In this document: piece after piece, positions 38,933 through 48,371 of the stretch
How positions within the stretch are numbered: position 1 is the stretch's first letter
How the letters are laid out: the number at the start of each line of letters is the position of its first letter
Source: Ostreococcus lucimarinus
Taxonomy: Eukaryota
Length of the DNA: 64,000 nucleotides
Direction: 5' to 3' (one strand)
Assembly (NCBI GenBank): GCA_000092065.1
Contig: CP000583.1
Notes under the pieces: generated by a model
What the model was told of the DNA's origin: nothing
The model's database searches: none
Seen by the model: the letters and a program-made list of their open reading frames with translations, nothing else
Made by a program: the position numbers and the translations under genes

Positions 38933-40088
38933 GACGCGCGCGAGGGAACGCGACGACGACGACGACGACGCGAAAGACGCGGACGCGCGCGTCGGCGCGG
39001 TGCGAGCGCTGAGCGACAGCGACAGCGAGGAGGAGGAGGAGGAGGAGGACGCGCTCGGCGGGACGAGCGCGGCGAGAGCGTGGAGCGCGTACGATCCGTC
39101 CGCGGCGGCGAAAGTGTCGGGCGATGGCGCGCTAGCGGTGATAGAAGAGAAGGAACGCGTCGCGAGGGAGGCGGAGGAGAGGGCGAAGGCGCTGTTGAAC
39201 GCGAGAGGGAGACCGAAGCGCGACGCGGCGCTCAAGACGGAGAGAGCGAAGGCGAGCGAGGGAACCGACGTCATCGCCGCGACGTCGCGAAAGAAGCTCA
39301 GTGAGGGTGAGAAAAAAGTAGAAGGCGTGGCGACGGCAGTGGTGTGCGAGCGTTCGTCCATGCGAATCAGCGCGTCGGCGGAGGAGAGAGCGCCGGCGTC
39401 AAAGAAGACGAGCGGCGAAAAGAAGAAGCGCGCGCCGACGACGAAGACCGCGGTCACCAAGGCGAAAAAGTCGCAAAAGACGACGAATGATTCGAGTGCG
39501 ACGCACCGCGTGCTGTTGAGCTCGGGGTTCAGCCCGCGTCAGGTGAAGGCTTTGAGCAAGAAGATTGAGTCGCTCGGCGGCGACATCGCGACGTCGTTGC
39601 GCGACTTCACCGTCTTCGTCACCGAAGCGCCTTTGAAGCGAACGAAGAACGTGATGGCGTCAGCTTTACAGAATTGCCCGATCGTCAAGGCTGATTGGCT
39701 GGAAAAGTCCACGACGAGCGGGAAGTTTCTCCCGACGCAGAAATTTCTCCTCCGCGACAAAGCGTTTGAACGCGCGCACGCCTACAATCCAATGATCGAG
39801 CGCGACCATCCGTTTCGTGGCAAGACGTGGAGCATGTATGGCTCGACGGCATCCCCTAGCACTGGCGTAAACACCCGCGCCGGCGTCGAAGGCGTGGTCT
39901 TGGACTTACTCTCGCTCGGCGGGGCGAAACGCGCAACCGCCGACGGCGACTTCGTCCTTCGCCTCGACGCGGGCTCTTCGTCGTCAAAGACCCCCGACCG
40001 CGTGACCTACCTCAAAACCCCCAAAATCCCGATTTACACCCCATCCCACGTCCTCGCGGCGTGCCTCGACGGCGTTCTCCCGTCTTAG
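38771..40088 (+). CDS. BRCT-domain protein with a long poly-Asp/Glu acidic region
   Basis: MDDDAFEGDD..., a (GAC)n-encoded DDDDDDDDDDDD run, an EEEEEE run, then the BRCT fold ...HRVLLSSGFSPRQVKALSKKIESLGGDIATSLRDFTVFVTEAPLKRTKNVMASALQNCPIVKADWLEKS.... The reported ORF start at 38703 is a non-ATG codon. Confidence 0.6.
38893..38970 (+). repeat. (GAC)n trinucleotide repeat encoding poly-Asp; two runs of 13 and 7 units
   Basis: gacgacgacgac... at 38893-38931 and 38952-38970, inside the BRCT-protein CDS. Confidence 0.8.
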
Positions 40089-40220
40089 CGCTCGTAAATA
40101 TCTCACTCCAAGTATAGCCATCAACACGGACTTTGAACGCTCGACACCGTCGCGCGCGCCCACGACGCCGTCTTTTCCGCGCTCGCCTCGTCGCGACGCC
40201 CCGAAGCGAGCAAAGGAACG

Positions 40221-40256
40221 ATGAGCGCCGAAGAAGAAAAGGCTCCCCAAATCGAG
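40221..40256 (+). CDS. NACA: Nascent polypeptide-associated complex alpha subunit (NACA) exon 1
   Basis: ATG AGC GCC GAA GAA GAA AAG GCT CCC CAA ATC GAG encodes MSAEEEKAPQIE. Donor GTGCGTCG. Confidence 0.7.
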
Positions 40257-40441
40257 GTGCGTCGAGCGCGACGAAACGCGCGCGAAGACGCGCGACGCGA
40301 CGCGCGCGAAGACGAGAATAGGGTTTCGTATCGACCGCGATGCGAGCGGTCGAGCGCGAAATGCGACGCGATGCGACGCGCGCGCGACGCGTTTAAGCGT
40401 GGAAATTAACGACGTGAAATCGTTCGCACGCGCCGACGCAG

Positions 40442-40475
40442 GATGTTGAGTCCGATGAGGAGGAAGATGACCACG
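40442..40475 (+). CDS. NACA: NACA exon 2 (34 nt, acidic)
   Basis: Acceptor gacgCAG. Encodes DVESDEEEDDH(A), the acidic stretch typical of NAC-alpha N-termini. Donor GTACGTCG. Confidence 0.65.
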
Positions 40476-40600
40476 GTACGTCGATTCGATGCGCTCGCGC
40501 GCGGGACAAACCCGATGCCTTGGTGATCCGATGTTTGGCGAGAAGAATGAATCGCGCGCGCGTCGACGGACGGTTGGCGGTGAGAGCGGGCGTGAGATGA

Positions 40601-41086
<486 letters not shown>

Positions 41087-41805
41087 GCTACTTTGTCGAG
41101 TCGTGGGTGAACAAAGAACGCGCGCGGTACGTGAAGATGAGCGCGACGAGTAAAACGCGATACTCTGTAACTAATCCGTCGGTTCTTTTACATCAAGCGC
41201 TCTCGCGAGCGTCGCCTCGCGCGTCGACGACTCGCCGAACCGTCGCCGTCGCGCCGAATCGCGCGGCGTTCAAACAATCAACCATCAATCGCGAAAGCAC
41301 ACCGAGCCCGTATTATTTCTTCTTATTACCCTTGCCCTTCTTCGCTCCCTTCTTCACCGCCTGTCGTCCCGCGCGCGTTCGCGTCGTCGGTCAGTCTCGC
41401 TTCGCGTTATCCAGTCCCCCGTCTCTCGCCCGCCCCCTCGCGCGTCTCCCGTCTCGATTCGCGCCCGCGCCCGCGCGCGTCTCCCCCCGCGCCTCCGCCG
41501 CGCGCCTTTCGAAGCGCGCGCGGTCGGCTCGCGCGTCCACGCACCTCCTCCGCCGCGATCTTTTCGTCGCGCGCGCGTCGCCATCGTCCCAGCGCGCTCT
41601 CCGCGTCCGCGCCCGAGCGCGCGGCGACGACGGCGCCGCCCACGAACGTCGCGCTCGCCACCGCAAACGCGGCGTTCAGCGTGCAGAACGGCATCGTCGC
41701 GAGTCGTCGTCCGCGCGCGCGAGTGCGGCGGCGACGGCGACGGTCGACCGACTGACCTAGAGCGTCGCCCCGCACACGCGCGCGCGCGCGCGCCGAGCGA
41801 CGACG

Positions 41806-41952
41806 ATGCTTCGAGCGATCGCGCGAGCGTCGCGAGCGGTCGCGGGCGTCGACGCGCGGCGACCGACGGGACGGGCGATCGACGCGCGACGCGCGGTCGG
41901 GACGTTCGTCGGCGCGGAGAGCGAGGAGTTGGCGTACGCGCCGACGAAAAAG
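41806..41952 (+). CDS. Small mitochondrial-presequence protein exon 1
   Basis: MLRAIARASRAVAGVDARRPTGRAIDARRAVGTFVGAESEELAYAPTKK is Arg/Ala-rich and amphipathic, a classic mitochondrial-type presequence. Donor GTGCGCGCG. Confidence 0.5.
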
Positions 41953-42089
41953 GTGCGCGCGCGCGACGAGCGCGACGACGGCGCGCGCGACGGCGCGATG
42001 GGAGGACGACGACGATGCGCGCGCGTCGATGGACGGCGCGCGAAGGGACGAACGCGGGACTGACGCGACGCGCGCGCGCGAAAACGTAG

Positions 42090-42434
42090 GTGAAATTCGA
42101 ACCGACCGAACCGACGTTCATGACGCAGTTCACCCTGAACCGCGCGAACGCCAAGAGCACGATGGAGGGCGCGGAGGACGCCGAACGGTTGGTCGCGCGT
42201 CTGATCGGGATGCTCGGCGGGAGCTTGAAGACGTTTTACGTGACGCAGACGGGGGCGTTTGACGGCGTGTGCGTGTACACGTTTCCGAAAAACCACGACT
42301 CGAGGACGTTCACGTGCCTGCTGCGATCGAGCGCGGGGTACGATAGGATCGAGACGACGAAGTTGATGGCGAGCGCCGACGCCGCGATGTGCGCCAAGGC
42401 GGCGCGCGAGGTGGAGAAGCAGTTGAAGAAGTGA
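42090..42434 (+). CDS. Small mitochondrial-presequence protein exon 2 (to stop); unknown function, weak dsRBD-like alpha-beta-beta-beta-alpha pattern
   Basis: Acceptor aaacgTAG after CGGGACTGACGCG. The frame continues VKFEPTEPTFMTQFTLNRANAKSTMEGAEDAERLVARLIGMLGGSLKTFYVTQTGAFDGVCVYTFPKNHDSRTFTCLLRSSAGYDRIETTKLMASADAAMCAKAAREVEKQLKK*. Total 163 aa. Confidence 0.5.
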   Translation: MKFEPTEPTFMTQFTLNRANAKSTMEGAEDAERLVARLIGMLGGSLKTFYVTQTGAFDGVCVYTFPKNHDSRTFTCLLRSSAGYDRIETTKLMASADAAMCAKAAREVEKQLKK

Positions 42435-42625
42435 GCTCGGGACGTTTCGGACGCCGCCGCGCCGAGTCGACGAATCGTCGATGCGCGCGCGCGTCGCGTC
42501 CCAGTTAGAATAACGCACCGTCTCACCACCATTCGCGCATATGTTGTAATTAGACCACGCGCAGTCGTCTCGTCGACGTCGTCTCGTCGTTCGTCTCCGA
42601 CGTCACTTCTCGAAGCGCCGCCGCG

Positions 42626-42754
42626 ATGCCGTCGCCGTTCCCCGAGCGCCCCTTCGGCGTCGTCGATTCCACCGCGTACGCGCTCGAGGGGATGTACATG
42701 CCCAATCCCGGGGAGTTCGAACCTCCAAAGCTCACTTACGACGACTCTAACGCG
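42626..42754 (+). CDS. THOC3: THO complex subunit 3 (THOC3/TEX1) exon 1
   Basis: ATG at 42626 gives MPSPFPERPFGVVDSTAYALEGMYMPNPGEFEPPKLTYDDSNA. Donor GTACGCG. Confidence 0.65.
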
Positions 42755-42840
42755 GTACGCGCGACTGTTTACGACGATTTCGACGACGATTGCGCAACCT
42801 CGAATCCGCGACTGACTCGAACGGTTTCGCGTCGTGTCAG

Positions 42841-43764
42841 CGAACGACGACGCTCGTGGGGGGTAAGAAAGCCGTGAAGACCGTGCAGTGGTCGGTGGGA
42901 GGCGATAAGCTCGCGTCCGGGGGAGTGGAGCACGACGTGCGCGTGCACGATGTCGAACACGGGGCGGGCACGGGACGAGGGGCGCAGACGCTTCGAGGAC
43001 ACGCGGGCGCGGTGGAGCAATTGCGGTTCGATCCGTCGCGTCAAGGAGGTGATCGCGCGCTGACTGTGAGTTCGGATAAAACGGCAAAGATTTGGGACGC
43101 GAAGAGCGGGAAATGCGCGGGGACGATCGAGATGAAGGAAGGATTGATGAACGCGGCGTGGTCGCCGAGCGGGCGGCACGTCGCCGTCGGGAGCAAGTCG
43201 GACGTGATCTCGATCGTCGACGTGACGACGATGAAGGTGATTTGGGAGCAAAAGTTCAAGTACGAGGCGAATGAGATGATGTGGGATAAGACCGGGAAAT
43301 CGTTCATGATGGCGACTGGAGAAGGGAAAATGGAAAAGTTTACGTTTGACGAGACGACGGGATCGTTGACGCCGCTTTCATCGCATTTTGCACATAATGG
43401 CGGGTGTTACTGCATGGCGATCGACCCTACCGGAAAGTATCACGCCATGGGTGCTGCAGATGCGATCGTGAGCTTATGGGAGTCTGAAACAAACATCTGC
43501 TACGACACTATCGTGCGCTTGGACTACCCGATTCGCTCAGTTTCCTACAGCCACGATAGCCGATATATAGCCGCCGCTTCGGAAGATTTAAAAATAGATG
43601 TCGCAGAGGTGATGACTGGCGATTGCGTGGCACAAATCAAAACGAAAGAGGCGATGAATACCATAGCGTTTCACCCGAAGGAATTGGTTCTGGCGTACGC
43701 CGGCGACGGGGGAGATATTTCGCTGTGGAGCGCGTTCACCGCCATCTCTGCAGGTACAAAGTAG
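42841..43764 (+). CDS. THOC3: THOC3/TEX1 exon 2: WD40 propeller (to stop)
   Basis: 86-nt intron with CGCGACTGACTCG and acceptor gtgtCAG. The exon encodes RTTTLVGGKKAVKTVQWSVGGDKLASGG...TVSSDKTAKIWDAKSGKCAGTIEMKEG...MGAADAIVSLWESETNICYDTIVRLDYPIRSVSYSHDSRYIAAASEDLKIDVAEVMTGD..., collinear with human THOC3 (...GSADALVSLWDVDELVCVRCFSRLDWPVRTLSFSHDGKMLASASEDHFIDIAEVETGD...). Confidence 0.8.
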   Translation, partial: RTTTLVGGKKAVKTVQWSVGGDKLASGGVEHDVRVHDVEHGAGTGRGAQTLRGHAGAVEQLRFDPSRQGGDRALTVSSDKTAKIWDAKSGKCAGTIEMKEGLMNAAWSPSGRHVAVGSKSDVISIVDVTTMKVIWEQKFKYEANEMMWDKTGKSFMMATGEGKMEKFTFDETTGSLTPLSSHFAHNGGCYCMAIDPTGKYHAMGAADAIVSLWESETNICYDTIVRLDYPIRSVSYSHDSRYIAAASEDLKIDVAEVMTGDCVAQIKTKEAMNTIAFHPKELVLAYAGDGGDISLWSAFTAISAGTK

Positions 43765-43840
43765 CGGGCGTCTTGTTGTATTACAGCGTAGAACTACATA
43801 GTCAAATCGTATCATACATTTCATCAATCCTGCGTTTTCA

Positions 43841-45487
43841 TCAATCTTGCGTTGAGCGAATGCCATAGCCAACGATGCAAATGGGCAGCGTTGGGTGTTT
43901 TATCGTGGAGGCGGACCGCCCAGTCATGACGACGTTTGTATTCGTCATTGTCGACGCATTTCGCGTCCATCTGGCGGTGGGAATCAAACAAGTCTTGCGC
44001 ATTTGCATCACATGCACACGAGCGGCGTGCAGGAGCGTCTCCGTCGGTTGCTTCCCTTCGGTGTGCACCGGGAGCTCATGACTGTACACCACGTGGCCAC
44101 CACTGCTCAGCGTGCGATCGAGTTGGCGATCTATGATGGTCACCACGACGCGCATACGGCCGGGACAAGTAGGCTGATGACTCCATGAACTCGGCGCGAG
44201 AACACTCAAACTCGCAACGAGCATGCTGGGCTCTTCACCACTCTTTGGGCTGACAATGTACTGGAGAGGAAACAGTTCATAATCGCGCAAAGTAAATCCA
44301 AAGTCTAAAGCCGCTCGCAAGGAAGAGTTCAAGACTTTACTCATTTCGAGCGCGATCCAAGGCGTGATGATGCACACACGCACTGATCTGGGAAGTGCTG
44401 AGACGTAAACGTACGGTGCAGTATCACCAAGCACGCCTTGATCTTCCACGTACACGTCTTCATTGCCAACGCTCAAATCGCTCGCGTCACTTCCATGCCA
44501 TTTCACCAACGGCGAATGACACGCTGGAATCACGGAAACGAGTGATCCAATACTGCCTTGCAATTGAACCTCCATGAGAGATCGATCGTGAGCGTCTCGC
44601 GGATTCAACGTCGCCGTCGCGATGTCCACCGTCAGGAGTGCGTCTGCGGTGTTGAGCGCGAACTTGCCACCGTCAACTAAATCTCTCATCACAGCGTCCG
44701 ATTTTCTCAACTTACGCCTCGGACTCATCTCATTCGCGTTAAACGCGTATGGATCACCGATGCACGTATCTTCTCCTTCGTCTCCAAGCTCGAGCGCATC
44801 ATCTTGCGGCGTCGCCGCCGGCGTCACGCCGCTCCAACTCGGATGAAACGGCGACAGCGCGGCGCTCACGTAACTCATGTGCGTCGCCGCGATCGCCGTC
44901 CCCGGCTTCACGCTCGCCGGCGACGGCAGTACCGTCACGCAGCACTTCTTCGCGATTCGTCCTCGTCCATCTCCATCCTCTCCTCCGTGCCTGCGCGCCT
45001 CCCCGTGCACCACCAGCGTCGAACGGTCCCAACTCTCGCACACGTGTACCCGCACGTTCGCCTCCGTCGGCGCATCCGCGAAAGCCCCACCGAAATCTTC
45101 GGACAACCCGCGCATTCCGCGTCCGAAATCGCCCATATCGCTCTCGAACAGCGGCGTCGTCGCGAGCAAGCGCGCGCGCGCCCCCGGTTGAAATTTCCAA
45201 ATTTGCAGCTCGAAGCTGAAATTCTCTCCTCCCTCCGCGCTGTAACTCACCAGATGATCGCCGTCCGCGGTGAAGCCGAGCAGGACGCACGAGAGCATCT
45301 TGCGAGCGTCGTCGATGACGCGCTCGATCGGGATCGTCAGCCGCGGTGGGATCGACCGGAAGATTTGTTCGGGCTTGGCACCAGACGCGGAGGTGAATTC
45401 GCGACGCGCGAGCCTGGACTGCACCGTGGACGCGCGCGCGCGGCGTTCGGCGTCGACGCGATCGTCGGAGCGTTCTTTTCGAATCAT
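43841..45487 (-). CDS. DET1: DET1 (de-etiolated 1) homologue
   Basis: 548 aa. The N-terminal pattern ...RKMLSCVLLGFTADGDHLVSYS...FELQIWKF resembles DET1 ...CFRKFTEDGLFLISFS.... The C-terminal ...HPTLPICIV resembles DET1 ...FHPHLPLAISI. Similarity is moderate. TGTAA is present on the minus strand just past the stop. Confidence 0.5.
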   Translation of the reverse strand: MIRKERSDDRVDAERRARASTVQSRLARREFTSASGAKPEQIFRSIPPRLTIPIERVIDDARKMLSCVLLGFTADGDHLVSYSAEGGENFSFELQIWKFQPGARARLLATTPLFESDMGDFGRGMRGLSEDFGGAFADAPTEANVRVHVCESWDRSTLVVHGEARRHGGEDGDGRGRIAKKCCVTVLPSPASVKPGTAIAATHMSYVSAALSPFHPSWSGVTPAATPQDDALELGDEGEDTCIGDPYAFNANEMSPRRKLRKSDAVMRDLVDGGKFALNTADALLTVDIATATLNPRDAHDRSLMEVQLQGSIGSLVSVIPACHSPLVKWHGSDASDLSVGNEDVYVEDQGVLGDTAPYVYVSALPRSVRVCIITPWIALEMSKVLNSSLRAALDFGFTLRDYELFPLQYIVSPKSGEEPSMLVASLSVLAPSSWSHQPTCPGRMRVVVTIIDRQLDRTLSSGGHVVYSHELPVHTEGKQPTETLLHAARVHVMQMRKTCLIPTARWTRNASTMTNTNVVMTGRSASTIKHPTLPICIVGYGIRSTQD

Positions 45488-45678
45488 TCGTCGCTCATGC
45501 GGTGCGCGGTGCGGTGGTCATGATTGTCTGTTCTCGGCGAGGGCGACTGTGACGCTCGAACGCCGCGTGAGCGACGTGGACGCGACGCGCGACGCCCGAT
45601 GACGATGCGCGTTCGTACGAAGTTTTGTTATATTGAAATTGTCGAAATCGACGAACGCTCGCGATCGCGCGCGAGCGT

Positions 45679-45856
45679 TTACGTGGGATTGGAGAAGTTG
45701 AATATGCGCGCCGTGCAGTCGTCGCTCGCGGTGATGACTCGAGCGTAGTCGGGACTCATGGCGAAGTCTAAGATCCCTTTCGTGTGACCGTGCGCCTCTC
45801 GTTGACACGTAGACGTGCGGGCATCCCAGAGTCGCACGATGCCGTCGACGGATGTG
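45679..45856 (-). CDS. AAMP: Angio-associated migratory cell protein (AAMP / Sqt1-like WD40 chaperone) last exon
   Basis: After the acceptor CCCACAG, the exon encodes (S)[58 protein letters not shown], matching the human AAMP C-terminus ...[51 protein letters not shown]. Confidence 0.75.
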
Positions 45857-46093
45857 CTGTGGGAGTGGAAAATAGATACTGAACGTAAGTCGAAGGAGCG
45901 CGGCGAAGCGAGTAGACGAAATGTCGCCAAATCGACGGCTTGAACGATGGAGTTGAGGTCTCAAAGCTCGGTGTCGCGTCGATGCGAGGCGAGTGATATA
46001 TGCAAGCTATGTCCACCACCGCGCGTTACGTGCAAACGCGCGAGGCCCTTATGTTGCGAAGTCAAACGACCGAAGCGACGCTCGAAGACGTAC

Positions 46094-47172
46094 CTATACA
46101 AACACATGGTGTTCGGAATCCATCGAAGCTGGCTCACCGCACCACCGTGCGAGAGCGTACCTCTGGCTTGACACGAATTCGTGTCCCAAATGATAATTTG
46201 CTTATCCAGCGAGCCGGTGGCGCACACCGGCATGATGTCGCTGAATCCGACGGCTTCGATGGTTTCCGTGTGCGCCACGAGCGGCGCCAGAACTTTCCCA
46301 GTCGTCGTGCTCACCAATCGAGCGGTGTTGTCTTCGCTCCCGGTGATGGTTAATCCCAGCGTCGATGGATGAAACGCGACGCACGTGAGCGGACCGTCGT
46401 GGAACGGATGCCCGCGGAACGCGTGTTCGCACGCTCCCGTTCTCGGTTGCCACACTCGCAACGATCCGTCGTAAGACCCGGTGACGACTTGCTTACCGTC
46501 GGGCGTAAATCCACCGCACGACACGCGCTCACTGTGTCCACTGAACACTTGCATGAGCGCACCGTCGTCGCCGTTCCACATCCACGCCGTGAAGTCTTCG
46601 CTCCCCGCGAGCGTCACGCGTCCTCGCGGATGCCACGCCACCCACTCGATTCCCCCGCCCGGTCCCTCGAGCGCGCGTTCGACCGCGCCCGTCTTCCCAT
46701 CATAAATGCACACCTTTCCATCGAGTCCACCCGTGGCGAGCAAGCCACCGTCGGCGCTGAACGCCGCGCACGACACGCTCTCCCCGTGTCCTCCCAGCTC
46801 TCGCGCCTCCCCCGCGCCTCGTCTCAAATATCCCTTATCGTCCCCCCCGCCGCTCACCACCGTCGCCTCCGCGCCGTCGTTCGACCACGCCACCGCGTAC
46901 ACCGGCGCGTCGTGCGTCGCCGCCACGCATTCCGCGTCGTCCCTCGGCGGCGCGATCGTCGTCGACGCCGCCGCGTCCCGGTCCTCCGTCGTCGTCCCGT
47001 CCCCATCCATCGCCTCGTCCTCCGCCTCGTCCTCGTCGTCGCTCGACATCGGCGCCTCGTCGTCCTCGTCCAGGTCCGCGACCTCCTCGTAATCGTCCGC
47101 CGCGGGATCGATGAAGGCGTCCTCGACGTCGTCGTCGTCGTCCTCCGTCGCCGCCGCCGCCGCGTCGTCCAT
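46094..47172 (-). CDS. AAMP: AAMP exon 1: acidic N-terminus plus WD40 repeats
   Basis: ATG at about 47172 gives MDDAAAAATEDDDDDVEDAFIDPAADDYEEVADLDEDDEAPMSSDDEDEAEDEAMDGDG... followed by ...HDAPVYAVAWSNDGAEATVVSGGGDDKGYL...GHGESVSCAAFSADGGLLATGGLDGKVCIYD...IEWVAWHPRGRVTLAGSEDFTAWMWN...GPLTCVAFHPSTLGLTITGSEDNTARLVSTTTGKV..., collinear with human AAMP. The exon ends ...CLY + AG with donor GTACGT (minus strand). The intron is about 237 nt. Confidence 0.75.
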
Positions 47173-47364
47173 CGCGCTCGAGCGCCGCGCTCTATCGCCT
47201 CGCGCGCGCGCCGCGCGCTCGACCGCGGGCGACGAAATCGTCGCGCGCGTCGCGTCGACGGCGTCGGTCGCGATCGACGCGCGCGCGTCGTCGAGTGCGG
47301 CGGCGGCGCGACGGATGGTCGACGGACGGTCGACGACGCGCGCGCGCACACGACGACGCGCGCG
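47173..47364. promoter_or_regulatory. 192-bp divergent promoter between AAMP (minus) and NFU1 (plus)
   Basis: Head-to-head ATGs at 47172 and 47365. Both flanks are deeply covered by GC-driven antisense ORFs that are not genes. Confidence 0.4.
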
Positions 47365-48231
47365 ATGCTGCGCGCGATGCGTCGGCGCGCCGGCGCGCTC
47401 GCGCGAGAGGCGCGCGCGCGCGCGCGCGCGACGACGACGACGACGACGGCGACGGCGACGGCGACGGCGACGACGCGACCGCGAGGCTTGATGACGTTGT
47501 CGACGCGCGAGACGATTTCGTCGCGCGCGGCGCCGTGGACGGCGCTGACGACGACGACGGCGCCGACGACGACGGCGCCGACGACGACGACGCGCCGGGG
47601 CGCGCGAACGATGTTCATTCAGACGCAAACGACGCCGAATCCGATGAGCCTGATGTTTCAGCCCGGGCGCGAGGTGTACGCGGAGGGGTCGAAGAATTTT
47701 TCAAACGCGAGGGAAGCGATGGCGAGCCCGCTGGCGAAGCGGTTGTTCGCGATCGAAGGCGTCACGAATGTCTTCTTCGGGATCGACTTCGTGACGGTGA
47801 CGAAGGGCGAAGACGCGGAGTGGGAGACGGTGAAACCGCAGACGTTTGAGGCGATTACGAACTTTTACGCGAGCGGAGAGACGGTGATGGACGAGGAGAA
47901 ATTGGCGGCGAGCGGGACGGCGATCGCGGAGGACGACGATGAAATCGTGGCGATGATCAAGGAACTCCTCGAGACGAGGATTCGACCGGCGGTGGCGGAA
48001 GACGGGGGAGACATCGTGTTCAAGGCGTTCGATCCCGAGAGCGGGCTCGTGACGGTGCAGTTGCAAGGCTCTTGCGACGGGTGCCCTTCGTCGAGCGTGA
48101 CGCTGAAGAGTGGGATCGAAAATATGCTGATGCACTACGTGCCCGAAGTCAAGGGCGTGGTGCAGGCTGGGCAAGACGACGGCGAGATGGATTTGCTCGA
48201 CTTGGCGGATTTGCATCGAGGGCGAAAGTAG
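47365..48231 (+). CDS. NFU1: NFU1 iron-sulfur cluster scaffold protein (NifU-like, mitochondrial)
   Basis: Presequence MLRAMRRRAGALAREARARARA..., then the Nfu_N domain MFIQTQTTPNPMSLMFQPGREVYAE...LFAIEGVTNVFFGIDFVTVTKGEDAEWETVKPQTF, then the NifU C-terminal domain ...VAMIKELLETRIRPAVAEDGGDIVFKAFDPESGLVTVQLQGSCDGCPSSSVTLKSGIENMLMHYVPEV with the CxxC motif. Collinear with human NFU1. The exact start is uncertain. Confidence 0.75.
   Translation: MLRAMRRRAGALAREARARARATTTTTTATATATATTRPRGLMTLSTRETISSRAAPWTALTTTTAPTTTAPTTTTRRGARTMFIQTQTTPNPMSLMFQPGREVYAEGSKNFSNAREAMASPLAKRLFAIEGVTNVFFGIDFVTVTKGEDAEWETVKPQTFEAITNFYASGETVMDEEKLAASGTAIAEDDDEIVAMIKELLETRIRPAVAEDGGDIVFKAFDPESGLVTVQLQGSCDGCPSSSVTLKSGIENMLMHYVPEVKGVVQAGQDDGEMDLLDLADLHRGRK
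47411..47470. repeat. Simple repeats: (CG)10 followed by (ACG)n/(GGCGAC)n
   Basis: cgcgcgcgcgcgcgcgcgcg acgacgacgacgacgacggcgacggcgacggcgacggcgacgacg, inside the NFU1 presequence region. Confidence 0.7.
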
Positions 48232-48371
48232 CGACCCGCGCGCGTATCACATCATAACTTTCAGTCGGCGCCGTATAATAACTGAATTTCCACCATTCAT
48301 TGATTTAACGACGCCCGCGCGCGCGGTCGCGCGTCGAGCGTTCAACACCAATCATTTGTCGTCCCGCGACG

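Noticed and set aside
37214-39304. 696-aa plus-strand ORF full of Arg runs
   Set aside because: Antisense to MsrA and the ACBP gene. The composition (RRRRRR, GGGGGG) is a GC-bias artefact. The same applies to 8254-8967, 8445-9458, 12644-13465, 13264-13983, 23076-23837, 30799-31785, 41354-42160, 46369-47364, 46854-47618, 48342-49574, 59170-60633 and 60882-61613.
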